DNA from: Octopus vulgaris | Lineage: Eukaryota | NCBI GenBank assembly: GCA_951406725.2 | Contig: OX597825.1 | Span: forward strand, 35,402,001-35,466,000 | Length of the DNA stretch: 64,000 nucleotides | Direction of reading: 5' to 3' | Part shown: positions 26,379-41,359 of the stretch, piece after piece | Layout: the number at the start of each line of letters is the position of its first letter | Position numbering within the stretch: position 1 is the first letter of the stretch | The notes under the pieces: generated by a model | Told to the model about the DNA's origin: nothing | Database searches by the model: none | What the model saw: the letters and a program-made list of their open reading frames with translations, nothing else | Made by a program: the position numbers and the translations under genes

Positions 26379-26632
26379 GTGTGTGTGTTAGGTATGTATG
26401 TGTATTTATGTGTGTGTCTGTGTGTCTGTGTTTGCTCCGCCTCCCATCGCTTGACAAACGATGCTGATGTTTATGTCCCCATAACTTAGCAGTTCGGCGA
26501 AGAAACCGATATAATAAGTACTAAGCTTACAAATAATAAGCCCTTAGGTTGATTTCTTCGACCATAACCCTGTAAGTCGGTGCTCCAGCTCGGCCGCAGT
26601 GAAATGACGGAATCACGTAAAAGAATAAAAGA
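26183..26632 (+). mobile_element. SINE family A
   Basis: Homologous to 24127-24553. Confidence 0.85.
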
Positions 26633-27309
26633 ATATGTATACATATATGTGTGTGCTCGAGCGCGTGGAGCCACGTAGCTTATAGTTTATAGTGTCTCAC
26701 TCGTGATTGAAAGATTGTGAAGTTGTGGGTTTGATTCCTGGACCGAACGATGTGTTCTTGAGCAAAGAAATTAATTTCATACGACTCCAGCCCACGCCAC
26801 GAACCGGTGTCCCGTCCAGTGGAGTGGGGTGAGGGAATATATACACAACAAAATCCAGAATAAACTGGCCTTATGATCATGTGGCTCAAGAAGGTCCTTT
26901 CATCATTTTTCATAAATAGATAACTAGATAGAGAGACAGAGAGATAGACGGAGACAGAGAGACAAACAGACAGACAGACAGACAGACAAACAGATAGGTA
27001 GATAAATATGTATTTATTTATGTGAACTCATGCACACACAAATACATGGACACACATGCTCATAACCGCATACACAGACACACACACACACATACACAGA
27101 AAAGTTCTACCGAGGGTAAATCAAAAGTACGCGTAATTTTTTATATTGACTAACATAGGTCGTTTACACAGAGCATGCTGGTAAAGTAACTCTTCATCTA
27201 TGCAATCTGCATGATCGTTGAACTGAACTTTCAAATCCGCTTTACAAAAAATTAATGTGTCGCTTTCACTTGTGTGTGTCTTCAAAGTTTTGCGCCCGAA
27301 GACTGTCTT

Positions 27310-27750
27310 TCATTGGAGCGAACTGGTCTTCACTTTATTTTGTAGTCTCCTTTTCACATTTACTATTTTCTAATGATTCCTTGTGGAATATATAATCTTC
27401 TAGTTACCCATCCTGCCTAGATCAATAAATTAGTGTCATCTATTAATAACAGAATCTACTTTCCTAGTCATATCTAGTAGCTTCCTTCTGTTGGTGCCTT
27501 TTAATGCTAGCAATCTTTTTCGTTATTCTTTACTCAATGTTTCCTACAAATCATCTAAAACTTTCTGATCCTCCTCACTTAAATCGTTTAAATCACTTGG
27601 TGCCAGTTGCTCATTCATGATTGGTAGTGCTATTATCATTTTTCCTTTGGGTTCTTCTTTGATTTGGTTTGAACTGTATCTCTTATGTTGTTGATTGTTT
27701 TTCTACTGCCTGGTCTTTCCTTTCCGGTTCTCTTGTGATCTTTTCCACCT
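27310..27750 (-). mobile_element. R4/Dong-type LINE N-terminal ORF fragment
   Basis: Minus strand encodes RLLALKGTNRRKLLDMTRKVDSVI..DDTNLLI*AG..KRRLQNKVK. Confidence 0.6.
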
Positions 27751-27751
27751 C

Positions 27752-27970
27752 AAGGCGGTGAGCTGGCGGAATCGGTAGCGCGTCGGGCAAAATGCTTAGC
27801 TGCATTTCGTCCGTCTCTTCTAAGTTCAAATTTCGCCGAGGTCAACTTTGCCTTTCATCTTTTTGGTGTCGATGAAATAAGCACCAGTTGCGCACTAGGG
27901 TCGTTGTAATTGACTAATCCCTTCCCCAAAAATTTGGGCCTTGTGCCTAGAGTAGACAGGATTATCATTA
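27752..27970 (+). mobile_element. SINE family B, full monomer
   Basis: Runs from aaggcggtgagctggcggaatc to ggccttgtgcctagagtaga..attatcatta. Confidence 0.9.
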
Positions 27971-28169
27971 ATTGTAGATGTTGTGGTTATGATATAACAA
28001 TGGTAATAATATGAGTCACTGTAGGTTATTGACTAATGAACTTAATGGAAAATTACAGATTGTAAAAAAGGAAAAATAAGTATAAGTTTTATATCCCCAC
28101 GTCACATAGCTAATGATTCTAATTAGACCTACAGAAGCAAAATTAGAAAGTGTAGCAGATTACATAAGA

Positions 28170-28352
28170 AAAAAATAAGTGTACACAAATCTTGTATTTT
28201 GAGCACACTTTTGTATGGGGCAGAAACATCGACTCCCTACTACAGACATAAAGAAACTTGAAATCTTTCATATGTACTGTTTGAGCAATATATACAACAC
28301 AAACACAAAATGTCAAGATAAAATATCCAATGTCAAAATTTTAGTAAAATGT
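28170..28352 (+). mobile_element. RTE-type LINE ORF2 fragment
   Basis: SVHKSCILSTLLYGAET..YRH..LEIFHMYCL..QDKISNVKIL. Confidence 0.7.
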
Positions 28353-28569
28353 TTCAGTTAGTACTTGTTATGTCCCTTGTATTAATTCTGTTGCAGCAAT
28401 ACGTTTGGTTATTAGCAGTATTTTCATTATATACTTTCTAAGTACTGCACTTCCTAGCGTTCTCAAACACTAAAACGGAAAGTGGTATCCAGAATGTAAA
28501 AATCAGAATAGTGTAAATAACTTAGAATATAGAAACAACAAACCGGAGAATATAAATATTCAAGTAAAA

Positions 28570-29010
28570 TTGGGGGATAATAGAGGAATAGGTAGAGGTA
28601 ATAATGATGATTGCGTTACACGAAAATTATGCCCGTTAAAATTAAATTGCAAAATTAAAGATGTGGTTTATATGCGTAAAGTAATTTTAGAAGGAGAAGT
28701 ATATTTCTACATAGGTACAAGTTCTAATGTTATAAAATTTAGACTAGCTAATCAAGAACTATCGTTAGGGATAAAAATTAGAAGGAAAATACGAATTAAA
28801 TAAGTAAATTTATTTGGTTGCTAAAAGATAATAATAGAACACACACAATTTACTGGGAGATAATTAGTAGAGCTAAACCGTATTGTAGAGGAAGCAAACG
28901 TTGTGAATTGTGTATTGAAGAAATATACCAGATTTTTACCATAAAATTTAGCCTGATGATCCACAGACAAGAACGCATTTGAATATGTGTTCATGCGTCT
29001 AAATATACCT
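28570..29010 (+). mobile_element. Penelope-like element GIY-YIG endonuclease fragment
   Basis: C..RKLCPLKLNCKIKDVVY..YFYIGTSSNVIKFRLANQ, then WEIISRAKPYCRGSKRCELCIEEIYQI after a frameshift. Confidence 0.88.
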
Positions 29011-29533
29011 TTAAGAAGTTTAAGTAAACGCATTACACAGACTACTAGAATTGGAAGAATAATCAAGTAAATTAAAAAACAAATAATGAACTTGAATTAA
29101 GTGAACACCTATACAAAAATGAAATAAATTAAATATTCTAAAAGAGTTGAAAAGTAAGATTACGTTTAATAAAATTAACTATAAGCAGGATATTTAATTT
29201 AATATAATATAACAAAAATAAGAAAATTATAAACCTATAGACTGATAATTATAAAAAAATAAATAATAAACCAGAAATGTAATTGAATACCTCAGAAATA
29301 TAAGAAAATACTCTTCTTATTTAGTAGAATGTTAAGCTGGACTATAATACTAAGGAACTCACAGGAAACTTGACCAATTTTGAAACCCATCAATAAATAC
29401 CTAACTGGATGAGGTAATCTTCCGGTCACGAGGAAATATAGTTATTTATAGTAACAACAACACCTCCTAAAGGACTCCTATTCTGTCAGTCTCATAGTTT
29501 TCTTCGGATGATCTTCAAACGACAGTAATCATC

Positions 29534-29618
29534 GGGTCCTGAAGAATTTGCACCGACGATTAGCACTAAGATGCACACTACCAGGTGTGCCGGTTGGGGC
29601 CGAAACATGCGTAGTTCC
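29534..29618 (+). ncRNA. Degenerate HHR motif downstream of the GIY-YIG fragment
   Basis: CTGAAGA at 29539-29545 and GAAAC-atgc-GTA at 29602-29613; the stems are imperfect. Confidence 0.45.
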
Positions 29619-29699
29619 AAGTGAAGTATGATGTAAAATACTGTATAATGAAATATGGACGTGCAAATCTCCGTTCTCCTGATCTTCATTAATTTCATT

Positions 29700-29781
<82 letters not shown>

Positions 29782-30509
29782 ATGTATACATATGTGATAT
29801 AATATATATATATATACATATAATGCATTAGTTATGATTAATGGGAGAAAACAAACTCCAATTTTAAATTCATACAACCTATGCAATCTGCGCCGCTGTG
29901 TACATTTTGTCAAATGTTATGTTCTTAATCCTTGGAGCTTTGAACAACCAGTGAGTAAACAGAACAGGAATTTACATCCGCAAGTTGCACAATAGGTCGC
30001 CTCTGAAGCCATTTTAGTAAATATATCATCGATATGCCAGTTGCTAAGGTTTCCTTTGCGTAGATCTTGTATCTGCCACTGGAATGTGTCTCTCTTGGCA
30101 TAGATTCAGACACAATTTTTCTTTTCTTTATGGAAGATTGTAGTGCTAGTACAGCAAGTCTCTTTTCTCAATGCCACCGATGTTGTTTAAAGGAAATATA
30201 ATGGTTGATGTGGGTTTACACTATCGTTGTTGCAAGACGAACTCAGAGCGAAAACAGCCGGAAGAAATAGCATAAAATATTTGTCCAACGTTATAATTAC
30301 TGGAAATCCCCCGTCCTGAACTGGTATTATATTTCATAAACTTCCGAGGGATGAAAGGTACAATTTATAATTTTAGGATTTGAAAAAATACCACAATATA
30401 TTTGTCCAAAACATCTCACAATTCTGCCGAATATGATTTTGTATTGAATGTACTCTACATTATATGACGCAGTGTCTCGTAATTAAGTTTCCTATATATT
30501 ATGTGTATA

Positions 30510-31020
30510 TTGTGTTCATCCTTGGGTACTCCACATAATGTTTGTAATGTCGAACAAACTTTTCCCTATATTGCATATGTGCACATATTCTCAATTATTC
30601 TCAGATATTTTGTATGTATGAGAGCACATCCTTTGTTACTCTACGAAGTATGTTTGCTTATTTATTGTTTTGTATGCCTTTTTTTAATTATTCCCCAAAG
30701 CACTTATTATTATGGAAATTGTTTGTTTCCAATCTCCACATTCTGGATAACTCTAATTCCTCAGGATAACTTCTTTCAGTTAGGGATATATTGTTGTCCA
30801 TTTGGTTGATATATCGATTAGGAGTCATCTCTTTGCCTAAAAGACTTTGATAATATTTGGATAATTTTCCTTAATCTCCCTATTTATATGAATTAGCATG
30901 TGCCGGTGTATAGTTACCTTGTCATTCCCTGAATCCTTTTAGGAATAAATCGACTACACCATTGCCTCCTCCAAAGTTTATTCCAAGCTGTTCTGAGATC
31001 CAAACCATTTGATTCTAAAA
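30510..31020 (-). mobile_element. R4/Dong-type LINE RLE-domain fragment
   Basis: Minus strand encodes NDKVTI..IHINREIKENYPNII..LIDIS..ELELSRMWRL..IISALGIIKK. Confidence 0.7.
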
Positions 31021-31992
31021 TACATATGACGGATTCTCATGGAATGTAAAATTCCTGCAACAGGTATTCTCACAAATGTTGAGCAATAATACGAGGCAAT
31101 GAAGAAGCTCTTGTTCAAACACACTATTTTCTAGAAATAGCAACCAAATCTTCCTTAAATTACATCTCACAGTCTTTGAAATGGAAAAATACATTTAAAA
31201 ATGTAGCCCTGAATAAATTTTGTCTAAAAATCTTAGACAGGGTACAGTTGAAACGTCTTTAATCATAGGTCTATTTAATTAGTTTTTGTAAATTACATCA
31301 AAATCTCTCGTTGAATGACTAAACTATCTAAAATGGAAGCTAAAGAAACATACGTTCCCTTTTTTCATTATTATTATTCATCCCCAGTACACCATTTCTT
31401 TACAGCAATAAACTGCATCTACTAATGTAACCTATTGCAAAATATGAGGATGTCTGTGCGTTCTCCCGTTGTGCTAGAAATATCAACCAAATCTACATCA
31501 AATTGAATGTTTTCAATTTTAAAAGAAAAAAAGAAATAGCGATAGATATATAGGTTTCAAATTTTGGAACAAGGCCAGCAGTCTCGGGGAAGTCGATCAG
31601 ATCGGCTACACTACTCAGCTGATACTTGTTTGGTCGACATCGAAAGGTAAAGTCGACGGCGGAATATGAACCGTAGACGATCAGCGAATGATACTAATAC
31701 TTAAGTATGAATTCGAACTATATCACCCTGCACTCCGTTTCACGTACAGTAGTAACATGATATATTACATCGACATTGAGTTCATCATACTAAGACTCTT
31801 TAATGTTACTGTATCACATCAGCCAGTCTCTGTTTGCTTACTCAGTCGGCTAAAATACAAACACTGGATGTTGATCAGTACTTGCACAAATGTCATACAT
31901 CCTCTGTTCTTTTTATTGAATATGAAACAAACATTTTCACAGAATTGCATTTATTTTTCATTGAAATTTTTTCCAATATTGTATTTCTTTTC

Positions 31993-32046
<54 letters not shown>

Positions 32047-33137
32047 TCTCTCTCTCTCTCTCACTCACACACATACACACACACACACACACACACTCTC
32101 CCCCTCTCTTTATCTCTATTTCGTTTATATATTTACTTAGTAATATTTTCATTTTTTTTTTTTGGTTTGATTGCTTAAAAAGTATCTATTATTTCATTGT
32201 TTTAGTATTTATAACGATAATTAACATTCCAATAGCTTTATAAAATTACAATTTTCCGCAAATTACAAATCGAAAACAAAACAGTGTTCGAAAAAGAAAA
32301 AGAAAAAGAAGACAACAGCAAACATACAAATGAACAAAAATAAACATAACATACACACAAATAAATAAAACAAATGTAAAAAAAAAAACAAGACAGAAGG
32401 AAATCAATCTAGTGTCAATAACATTAACGTCTTAGATCTTTAGTTTTTAAGCATGAAGAATCCTCTATTTCTCTATATCACAGCTGTCTTTCAAACTCGA
32501 ATCTCTCATAAGGTGGGCGCTGTGAAATAAACACTATCAGCTCCCGAAATACTGGCCTCATTGATAAGGTTCATTAAATATATTCCTACATTCATACTTG
32601 CAAATGATATTGCGCGCGAACACAATTGTTCTAGTGGGTGTAGGGCCTTTTCTTGTGCAGTTCTAATGCATCTCGAGTAGTTTAGTAGTTACTAGTAGGT
32701 TTGTATTTCTAAATTACACTTTAATAAGCCCGTACGTGCAGCTTTCTTCAGCAGCAACGAACAGTGATGTCGAGTGGTATTATAAACTCGGTAAGAGCCC
32801 AATATTAGTTAAATTACTTGTAGACAAGATAGAAAAAAATGCTCTTAAATGCGACGTAAGGAAAAATTATTTGTATAAATTAATGTTGCAAGTACTTCCA
32901 ATAGAATAAACTGGCCATGAGTAGGAAATATGAAATGTACACCGCAACCACCTACACGCTTCTCTCCAAACAGCAATAACAACAGCAGCAGCAGCAGTGG
33001 CAACAGCAACAGTGGCAACAGCAACAGTGGCAACAGCAGCAGCAATGACAACAAAAGAGAGACAACGATGATAACAATGAAATCAACAACATATAGTCGC
33101 ACATAGGAAATATCAAACTGCAAAATTGCAATTATTA

Positions 33138-33169
<32 letters not shown>

Positions 33170-33194
33170 GATTGTTTGTATGTAAGCAGTCATG

Positions 33195-33237
<43 letters not shown>

Positions 33238-35253
33238 GTGTGTATATTTTCCCACAGCCGCTTGACAACGGATGTTTGGTTTGCTTATGTCTTCGTAATT
33301 TAGCGGTTTGGCATAAGAGACCGATAGAATATGCGTCAGGCTTAAAATAAGTACTGGTGTCCATGATTCGCTTCAACAATAAACCCTCAACTGAACAATA
33401 GATGCGTACCTAGTTGGGTCAGTGTGCGATTATGCCGGTGTTATGGTGTGATAATTTTGCGGTGGGCTGAATGACACACAGTTGTTTTTGGTAGAGTAAC
33501 CCTTTGCCTGTCCTGTGGCATCGAAGGAAATATACGCATACCAAATTTTAAAAAAGAACTTTAGAGTAACTTGGGGATTATAAAAGGAAAGCTTTACATT
33601 ACTCAAGGCTATCTAAAGGCTAACGTTCATGAAAACAATCATGAACGTTTAGGACAAGCATCAAAATTCTTTGAACAGGCAAATTGTTAATGATTAGGCT
33701 CACAGTGAGGGGAAATCAAATGAGGAAACTGAACATCTAGCGGCAATCCCTAAAAACCTAACTCTTACGACTATCAGTAGCTGTAGAAGCCATCAGTTAG
33801 TAACTACGCTTTGTTAATTTTTTAGTTATTCCTTGGACAAAACCCTATGTCTTATGCATGTAGCCAGAAGCTTTCACAAAGTACATTCTCCGTCGAATCA
33901 TATGATGAAATTAGTTCTTCAAAATTTCCAAAATATAACATTGAGGGATTTTAGCGGTATACTGTGTATGCGATACTTTAACCTTCACCTGTGTGTGTGT
34001 GTGTGCGGGCATGTGTGTACATATGCATGCATGTATGTGTGTGTGTATATTTGTGTTTGTGTGTGTTTATATGTGTATGTGTCTGTATGTGTGTGCGTGA
34101 GTGTTGGGAGTGGAAGCACCTTGTTCTTGTTAGAACTTTCTTCTAGGAGAAGATAAACTTGCATATAAACCAAACCTGAAGTGCAATTGGTTTCTGGTCG
34201 CTTAAACGTCTGTTGTGCCTCGGGTTTTAAAGCTGATTACGATTAAAAGTGAATTCAGTGCTGTGCAACACTTTATCCACTCAAAACAAGTTCATGCACA
34301 GGAACTTCTTAAACTCGCAGAACGTTTGCACAGACTCACTGAGTTTAAGAAGCAGTCTTACTCGGTCACGAGTTGACTTTCGCCATATATTGAAATAGTG
34401 CTCTTTTAAATGAGACAGCATAACAGCCAATGCTTAGAACTCTATGTAAATTCTTTTTTAGGCAAATTTCAATCGAGTTTTAAGCAATATTTGTCCTCGG
34501 ATTTTGGTTTGGTACCATATACATTTGAATAACTTACAGTGTGCGTATCTGAGAGCAGAATAAAGCAGAAAAATTCTCATAAATTTTTATTATAACATCA
34601 TAAATTACAAGATCTTTACACGTTTCACTAGCGAATAGAAGCTTGCTGTGCGGAAATCGTATCGTAGACCATTGCATTATAACGTTCAAGCTCTTGATAT
34701 TTAAAAGAATATTGTAATTCAATCCATTATTATTTATCATAATAGGTTGGTTGACAGTGCAAAGATACATCTGTGTATATAAATTGAAGGGAAAATTCTT
34801 GAACAGCCTCAAAGAAATGGAACGAGAAACGCTATTATTTTTATGCTATCAATAAAATAAAGACAAAATGATAAGGATGTGCAGCCTGGATAATTAAGAA
34901 GATAAAGAAGGTCAGCCATCAAAGTTGTCATAGATGAAAGACATTTCTAAGTTAACAATGATAGATGGTTTAGAAAGCAGTCGTGATGAAAGCAGGTAAC
35001 AAATTTGTTCATGATGGATAACCGTCCATGCCTACCCACTCGCATGCACACGCACACAAACACTGACACCTATATACGTATACGTAATTTTAATTTATCT
35101 ACACCCACTCATATATGCATATATCCATACACCTAAATATACACATCTGCACATATACGAAATAATGTAAGTTCAAGTATGCATCTAGATATAGATATAT
35201 ACATACACACACATACACACATACACACACACACACGCAACACACACACACAT

Positions 35254-35290
<37 letters not shown>

Positions 35291-35471
35291 CACACTATCC
35301 ATACTTATATCTACATGCATATATACACGCTTCCCACACGAAAAGTATAGCGTAGTTATAAATTTCGAGACGGTTATCAAATCAGTTTCAAATAGAATAA
35401 AATAATTGATTTATTTATCAGGAAATGATGCGTTGTTACTCATATATTGGTCTAATTAAAAAGATAAATGC

Positions 35472-35533
<62 letters not shown>

Positions 35534-35639
35534 GTTTCAAATTTTTCCACAGGGCAGCACTTTTTGGTGGGGGAGATGAGTCGATTACATTGACCCCAGT
35601 GTTCAACTGGTACAACAACAACAATAATAATGATGAACA

Positions 35640-36620
35640 GAGGGAACGTTATTGCATAGAAGTGGAATGAACAAAGAAAAAACTGGCCAACACGGAGAGA
35701 AAAAACTATGAAGGTAATGGCTATACATGAGCGCATTCATACAAAAAGTAATGTAGTGAGGCTTTACTTACCTAGGAAGGAAGTTGGAAGAGTGCTGGTT
35801 GGTATAAAGGATAGTGTTGGAAAGGAGATCAAGTCTTTGTATGCCTATCGGAGGAATAGCTATGAAAGAAATTTGCAGGCTGCACTGAGTGAGAAGGTGA
35901 TCTTTGACAATGTTGGGACCCTCCTGGAATATGGTATGAAGGCTAATAAAGAAAAGATCAACAACAGGAAAGAAAAGGTCCTACACAGAGAGCTTTTCCA
36001 GCAAACATCGAATGAAGCCGATGAAGAATCTTGGAGACAAAACATTTATTTTTAAAGAAGACGGAAGGACTGATTCTTGCTGTTTAAGAACAAGCTTTAC
36101 GAGCCAACTCGATCAAGTGTAGCATAAAGACAGCAGTATTACCTTTGTGTAGATTATGTAAAAAGTCATCTGAGACAATTCGGCTAAAAGGGGTACAAAA
36201 AACACCATGGCAAGGTGGCAGTGCGAATACACTGGAAGTTGTACAGGAAGTATAGGCTAGAATGTTCCAGCTCTTGTAAGTAGCAGAGAAAGATGAGGCG
36301 AAGCTCACAAGGGATGTGCTAATCTTCACAGATAAGAAGTTGCAACGTAAACGGCCAGATATCACTCTCCTACGGAAGGAATCCAACAATGGACATTCGT
36401 CGATGTAGCTATACCTACAGACCAAAATATTTTAAAGACAGAGAACGAGAAAGTCGGAAATTATCAAGACCTAGCATTGGAAATGAAACGCATCTATAGA
36501 CCCTCAAGCAAGAGTGTGGTACCTGTTGTGAACAGTGCACTTGGGACCATCTCCAAAAAGGCAATATTCTGGCATCAAAAGCTGAAAATACCAAACTTCG
36601 TACGAAGTACTCAGTTGGCA
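35640..36620 (+). mobile_element. Decayed R4/Dong-type LINE (RT C-terminus, CCHC, RLE)
   Basis: HTKSNVVRLYLPRKEVGR, TEGLILAV*EQAL, CRLCKKSSETI, IFTDKKLQRKRPDITL and FVDVAIP. Confidence 0.88.
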
Positions 36621-37604
36621 ACAATATCTGTGTGTGTGTGTTTGTGTGTGTAAGTTATAATGGTATTTAAAAAGCGTAGATGAGATTTTAATCCTATGTA
36701 AACAGTAGGTATCTATAGATGTAATTTCACTACATCTGTAAATAACGTTGTGTAATAAGTAGTGACCTCTAAGAGGACAAGTAGAAGTCGTTTTCCAGTT
36801 ACAATTTAAGACATTTTGTAATATTTTGTAAAGTCGTTAAGTCATACACGTTCATACGGAAATTAAATTTCATGATTACCATTTGTCTCTACTTGTTGCC
36901 ATATTAATTACGTTTTCAGGTCGCAGATGACGACGAAAATTTCAACAGCTTACGGAATAAATGAAAATTGAATTTTACGATGTTTGTCTTCCTAAAAGGC
37001 TAAAATAGTTTTTTCTATTTAATCTCCTTGTTTCTTTTTCAGCACACAGACTCAGATCAAGTCACTCGCTACCCAACTATTGCTTCGAAATTTCTTTGTT
37101 TGAACACAATTTCTTGGCATGATACGTATTGATACATTTATTTCTCGTATTGTTGTTGTTGTTGTTGTTTGCTCTGCTACGGCTACAGCTGCTACTGCTG
37201 TTGTTGTTGTTGTTACTTAGCCCTAGATTCCGTAGACCTATGTCCAAAGGCATTCTGAGTGACCAACACATGCTTTTCTGTTATTTTTTCTTTTCAGTCA
37301 TACTGAAATTTTGCGTACATTATGAAAAGCAAGCTTCATGTTGTTGTTACTATTATTGTTGCTTAGTTACGAGTCAGCCCTGATCCAGCAACCCTATGAT
37401 AAAAAAAAAACTTCAAGTCATAACTTAATCATTCTTTCTTTTTTTCTTTTTCAGGTGCAGTGTATCTAAGGCTTTATCAAATGTGAAATTTCTGTTAGAA
37501 GTAACATCATTGATAGGGCGTTGAACTAGTGTTGATGGGGAAACGAGTGCTGTTTTCATAGATGAAATGAAATGAAATTTTTTCTCCACATTTTTCCTGT
37601 TTTA

Positions 37605-37787
37605 TCTTTTTCTTCTTTCAGTCATTCGACTGCTGCCATGCTGGGGCACCGCCTTAAAGGGTTTAGTCGAATAAATCGAACTGAGCAATTATTTTTCTGG
37701 TACTTATTTAACCAGTGTTTTATGCCAAACAAACAACACCAACACACACACACACACACGTATACGTTCATTCATATATACATATAT

Positions 37788-37860
<73 letters not shown>

Positions 37861-38880
37861 AATGTATATATATATATATCATCTTTTATCTTTAACTTGT
37901 TTCAGCCATTAAATTGCGGCCATTCTAGAGCACTGCCTTGAGAAATATTAGCCGAACTAATCGTCTCTAGTGCTTATTTTCTTTTTAAGCCTGATACTTA
38001 TTCCATCCGTCCCTTTTGCTGAACTGCTAAGATACGGGGACATAAATACATTAATACTGGGGTCAAGAGGAGGAGACAGACAAAAACACAAAGACACACA
38101 CACACACATACACACACGTGTGTATGTGTATGATGGAATTCTTTCAATTTCCGCCTACCAAATTCATTCACAAGGCTTTGGTCGCCCCGTGACTATAGTA
38201 GAAATAGTAGAAGACACTTGCCCAAAGTGTCACGCAGTTGGACTGAACCTGGAACCATATGGCTGGGAAGCAAACTTCTTACCACACAGCCACGCCTATT
38301 TATATACACACACGCACGCACACACAGTCTCTTACTCTTTTACTCTTTTACTTGTTTCAATCATTTGACTGTGGCCATGCTGGAGCACCACCTTTAGATG
38401 AGCAAATCGACCCCAGGAATTATTCTTTGTAAGTCTAGTACTTATTCTATCATTCTCCTTTGTCGAACCGCTAAGTTACGGGGATGTAAGCACACCAGCA
38501 TCGGTTGTCAAGCGATGTTGGTGGGGACAAACACAGACACACAAACACACACATATATATATATACATATATACGACGGACTTCTTTCAGTTTCCGTCTA
38601 CCAAATCCACTCACAAGGCTTTGGTCAGCTCTAGGCTATAGTAGAAGACACTTGCCCAAGGTGCCACGCAGTGGGACTGAACCCGGAACCATATGGTTTG
38701 TAAGCAAGCTACTTACCACACAGCCACTCCTACGCCTATATCTGCTAAATTAACTCCTAAGGCATTGGTCGGATCGAGGCTAGAGTAGAAGACATTTGTC
38801 TAAAGTGTGCGTAGTAGATCCAAACTTGAAAGCACGTGATTGCAAAGCAAGCTTCTTATCGTCATAGATACGCCAGCATC
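37605..38880 (-). mobile_element. Cluster of 3-4 same-orientation SINE family A copies (most complete copy 38331-38737)
   Basis: Repeated family A head and tail motifs. Confidence 0.85.
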
Positions 38881-39706
38881 TATAACCATGCCTGCGGAAA
38901 TTCACTGAGAGCCACAACTTAAAGGGTGACCTTACATGGCTTTATATTGATGGCAACTGAATCGTAAAATATCGTCCTAAAAGTACAGAAAGTCAAGCTG
39001 ACCGTAGCCTCATCTGTTGTACGGGTTTATTTGTAGAAATAATATCCAGCCGCTAATGAGAAATAAAATGTGGAAAGCAGTGACAAAAAGATAGTTCGGC
39101 GTTTTCTTTTTAAATGTTATCATTCTCTTTAAAGAATAATAATTAGAAGAGGACAAACAAGTATCAAACAAGAATTTTATAGGCATTGAATGAGAATCTG
39201 ACCAGGAGTAAACGAAAACCACACAAAGATCAAACACATTTAAACTAGGCGGGAGGGGGTCGAAGCTCACAAAGAAAGAATGAGAGAGGGAAAGGGAGAG
39301 AGATATGGAGGAGAGCCAATGTGGGAGAAAAAAGAAAAGAAAGAAGGAAGGAAGGAAGGAAGGAAGGAAGGAAGGAAGGCAGGAAGAGTCTATGAGTAAG
39401 AACATGAGAGATAAAGAGGGAAAACCGATAGGAATTGAAAGAATTTTATCTCTGAACAAGTAGCAGATACAATTTGGAACAATCCAATTCAATTTTTATT
39501 TATCGACTCGGATTGTTATCCCACTACCACCACCATCACCACCTCCACTACCAATCCTCATCCTCCGAAAAACACCAAATAGAAATAACAAAAACTAAAA
39601 ACAAAAAAAATGAAATAATTCAGTGGAGCTGAAATAACTTCGCTTTGAGTTTTGTAGAGGATAAAATTGAATTGATATTCGATAGCCTAATCTTGGATTT
39701 AAAGAA

Positions 39707-39766
<60 letters not shown>

Positions 39767-40344
39767 GTACACGCATGCATGCATACCTACCTACCTACTT
39801 ACCTACCAAGCTGCTTGCCAATCTACCTACATACACGCATACATACATACATACATACATACATACATACATACATACATACATACATACATACATACAT
39901 ACATACATACATACATACATACATACATAACTCAATGACGAATTCAGTCATATTGGGTTACAAGGGCTGTGAATTTTCTAAGCGTTGATGCTTGTCTATT
40001 TGTCTTCATAGAACATAGTTATTTCACTTCGACTCTTTTCCAAACTCTGCACACAATTCCAAATTCACCCATCCTCACCCCCGCATAACGAATGGAAAAA
40101 ATATTTCGGATCCTCGGCTTTTGGGATAAAACTGAGAATATTCAAGGCAAGACATAATAAAAGCTGAGAGTTGTACAGGAATGATAGCAGAGTGAAAGTG
40201 CTAGCGTGATGTAGAGAAACATCCGTCAGTTTACCGCGTCAAACAATATTTTTCTTTCTCCTTCATTTTCTCTTTAATTCCTCTTTAATTTTTCTCTCCC
40301 TGTCTTCAGCTCTTCCCTTCATTCTCGGTCTGGCTAATTCAGCA

Positions 40345-40835
40345 GAATTCTGGTTTAAGCATCTCGTATAACTCCTCGTAACATTTTTTTTATATTTTGG
40401 GGAATTTTCAAAAAATTTTGTGAATTTGTGTTCTACACACAAGAATTCTCACGATTATGAAAAGAATTTTTCTTTTTGATTTTTTTTATCCCACCTCGAA
40501 TTTTTTTTTAAAAAAAAGGACAGCCCGAAATTTTGGTTTAAATTCAAGCAATGGACCACCCTTTAGTGCATCAGCATTCAACTGAATGTCTTTATAGGGA
40601 GAAAATATTGATAAACATGTCAGAATGACAATGAAACGAGGAAGGTATCAGGTGGTCGGGAGTTGTGCTAAAAATAACGGCTAAATCGCCCTTAAATCAC
40701 ACATATAAAAAAATTATTAGTTTTCACAATTGTATGAATCCCCGTGTGTAGAACACAAATCTGCAAAACTTTTCAGATAATTCAAAAAAATTTTTTAATT
40801 ACGAGGGGTTATTTGGGGTGCTAAAACCAGAATTC
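40345..40835. mobile_element. MITE with ~130-bp terminal inverted repeats
   Basis: gaattctggtttaagcatc..cctcgtaa..tgtgttctacac pairs with gtgtagaacaca..ttacgagg..gtgctaaaaccagaattc. Confidence 0.75.
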
Positions 40836-41359
40836 CACCACTAACTTTTTCTATCAACTTCTCTCTTTTCTCCCTTTCTCTTTCCTCTTTGTCTCTCATG
40901 CACGCACATATTCTCACTCATCTCTCTTAAATTCAATGTACAAACGGTATGCACTGGAATATCTGATTTAAAAACAACGTTTTCCAAACGTTAGTATACC
41001 GTTTCAAACATGGGAGAAAGAAAATCATACATTCTTTAATTGTGAAGCAATTTAGATTGCTTAAATTGTGGTTATTTTTACAAAATATCTGTGAATTATG
41101 GTATACGAATTGGGCTGTTCATTTTTATGCTGTATGTGTGTGTGCGCGCGCACCGTGCGTGTGCAACTATAAATAATTCAAAAAGAATTTTATAAAAGCT
41201 TGTCATTTAAGTGACTTACTTTGACAAAAAAACTCTTTCTGCATATTCGGCACCAGGAAAATGTCATTAATAACTGCATGGCAAAAAAATAATAAATATC
41301 ATAAATAATATAATATAATATAATATAATATAATATAATATAATGTAATGTAATATATT

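Noticed and set aside
34304-34353. cttcttaaactc/gagtttaagaag hairpin (similar small hairpins at ~33622 and ~36713)
   Set aside because: Short inverted repeats in AT-rich, TE-derived DNA with no further support.
36915-36955. cagatga..aacagctta HHR-like text (similar weak hits at ~8080-8115 and ~32475-32515)
   Set aside because: Too many core mismatches and no convincing stems.
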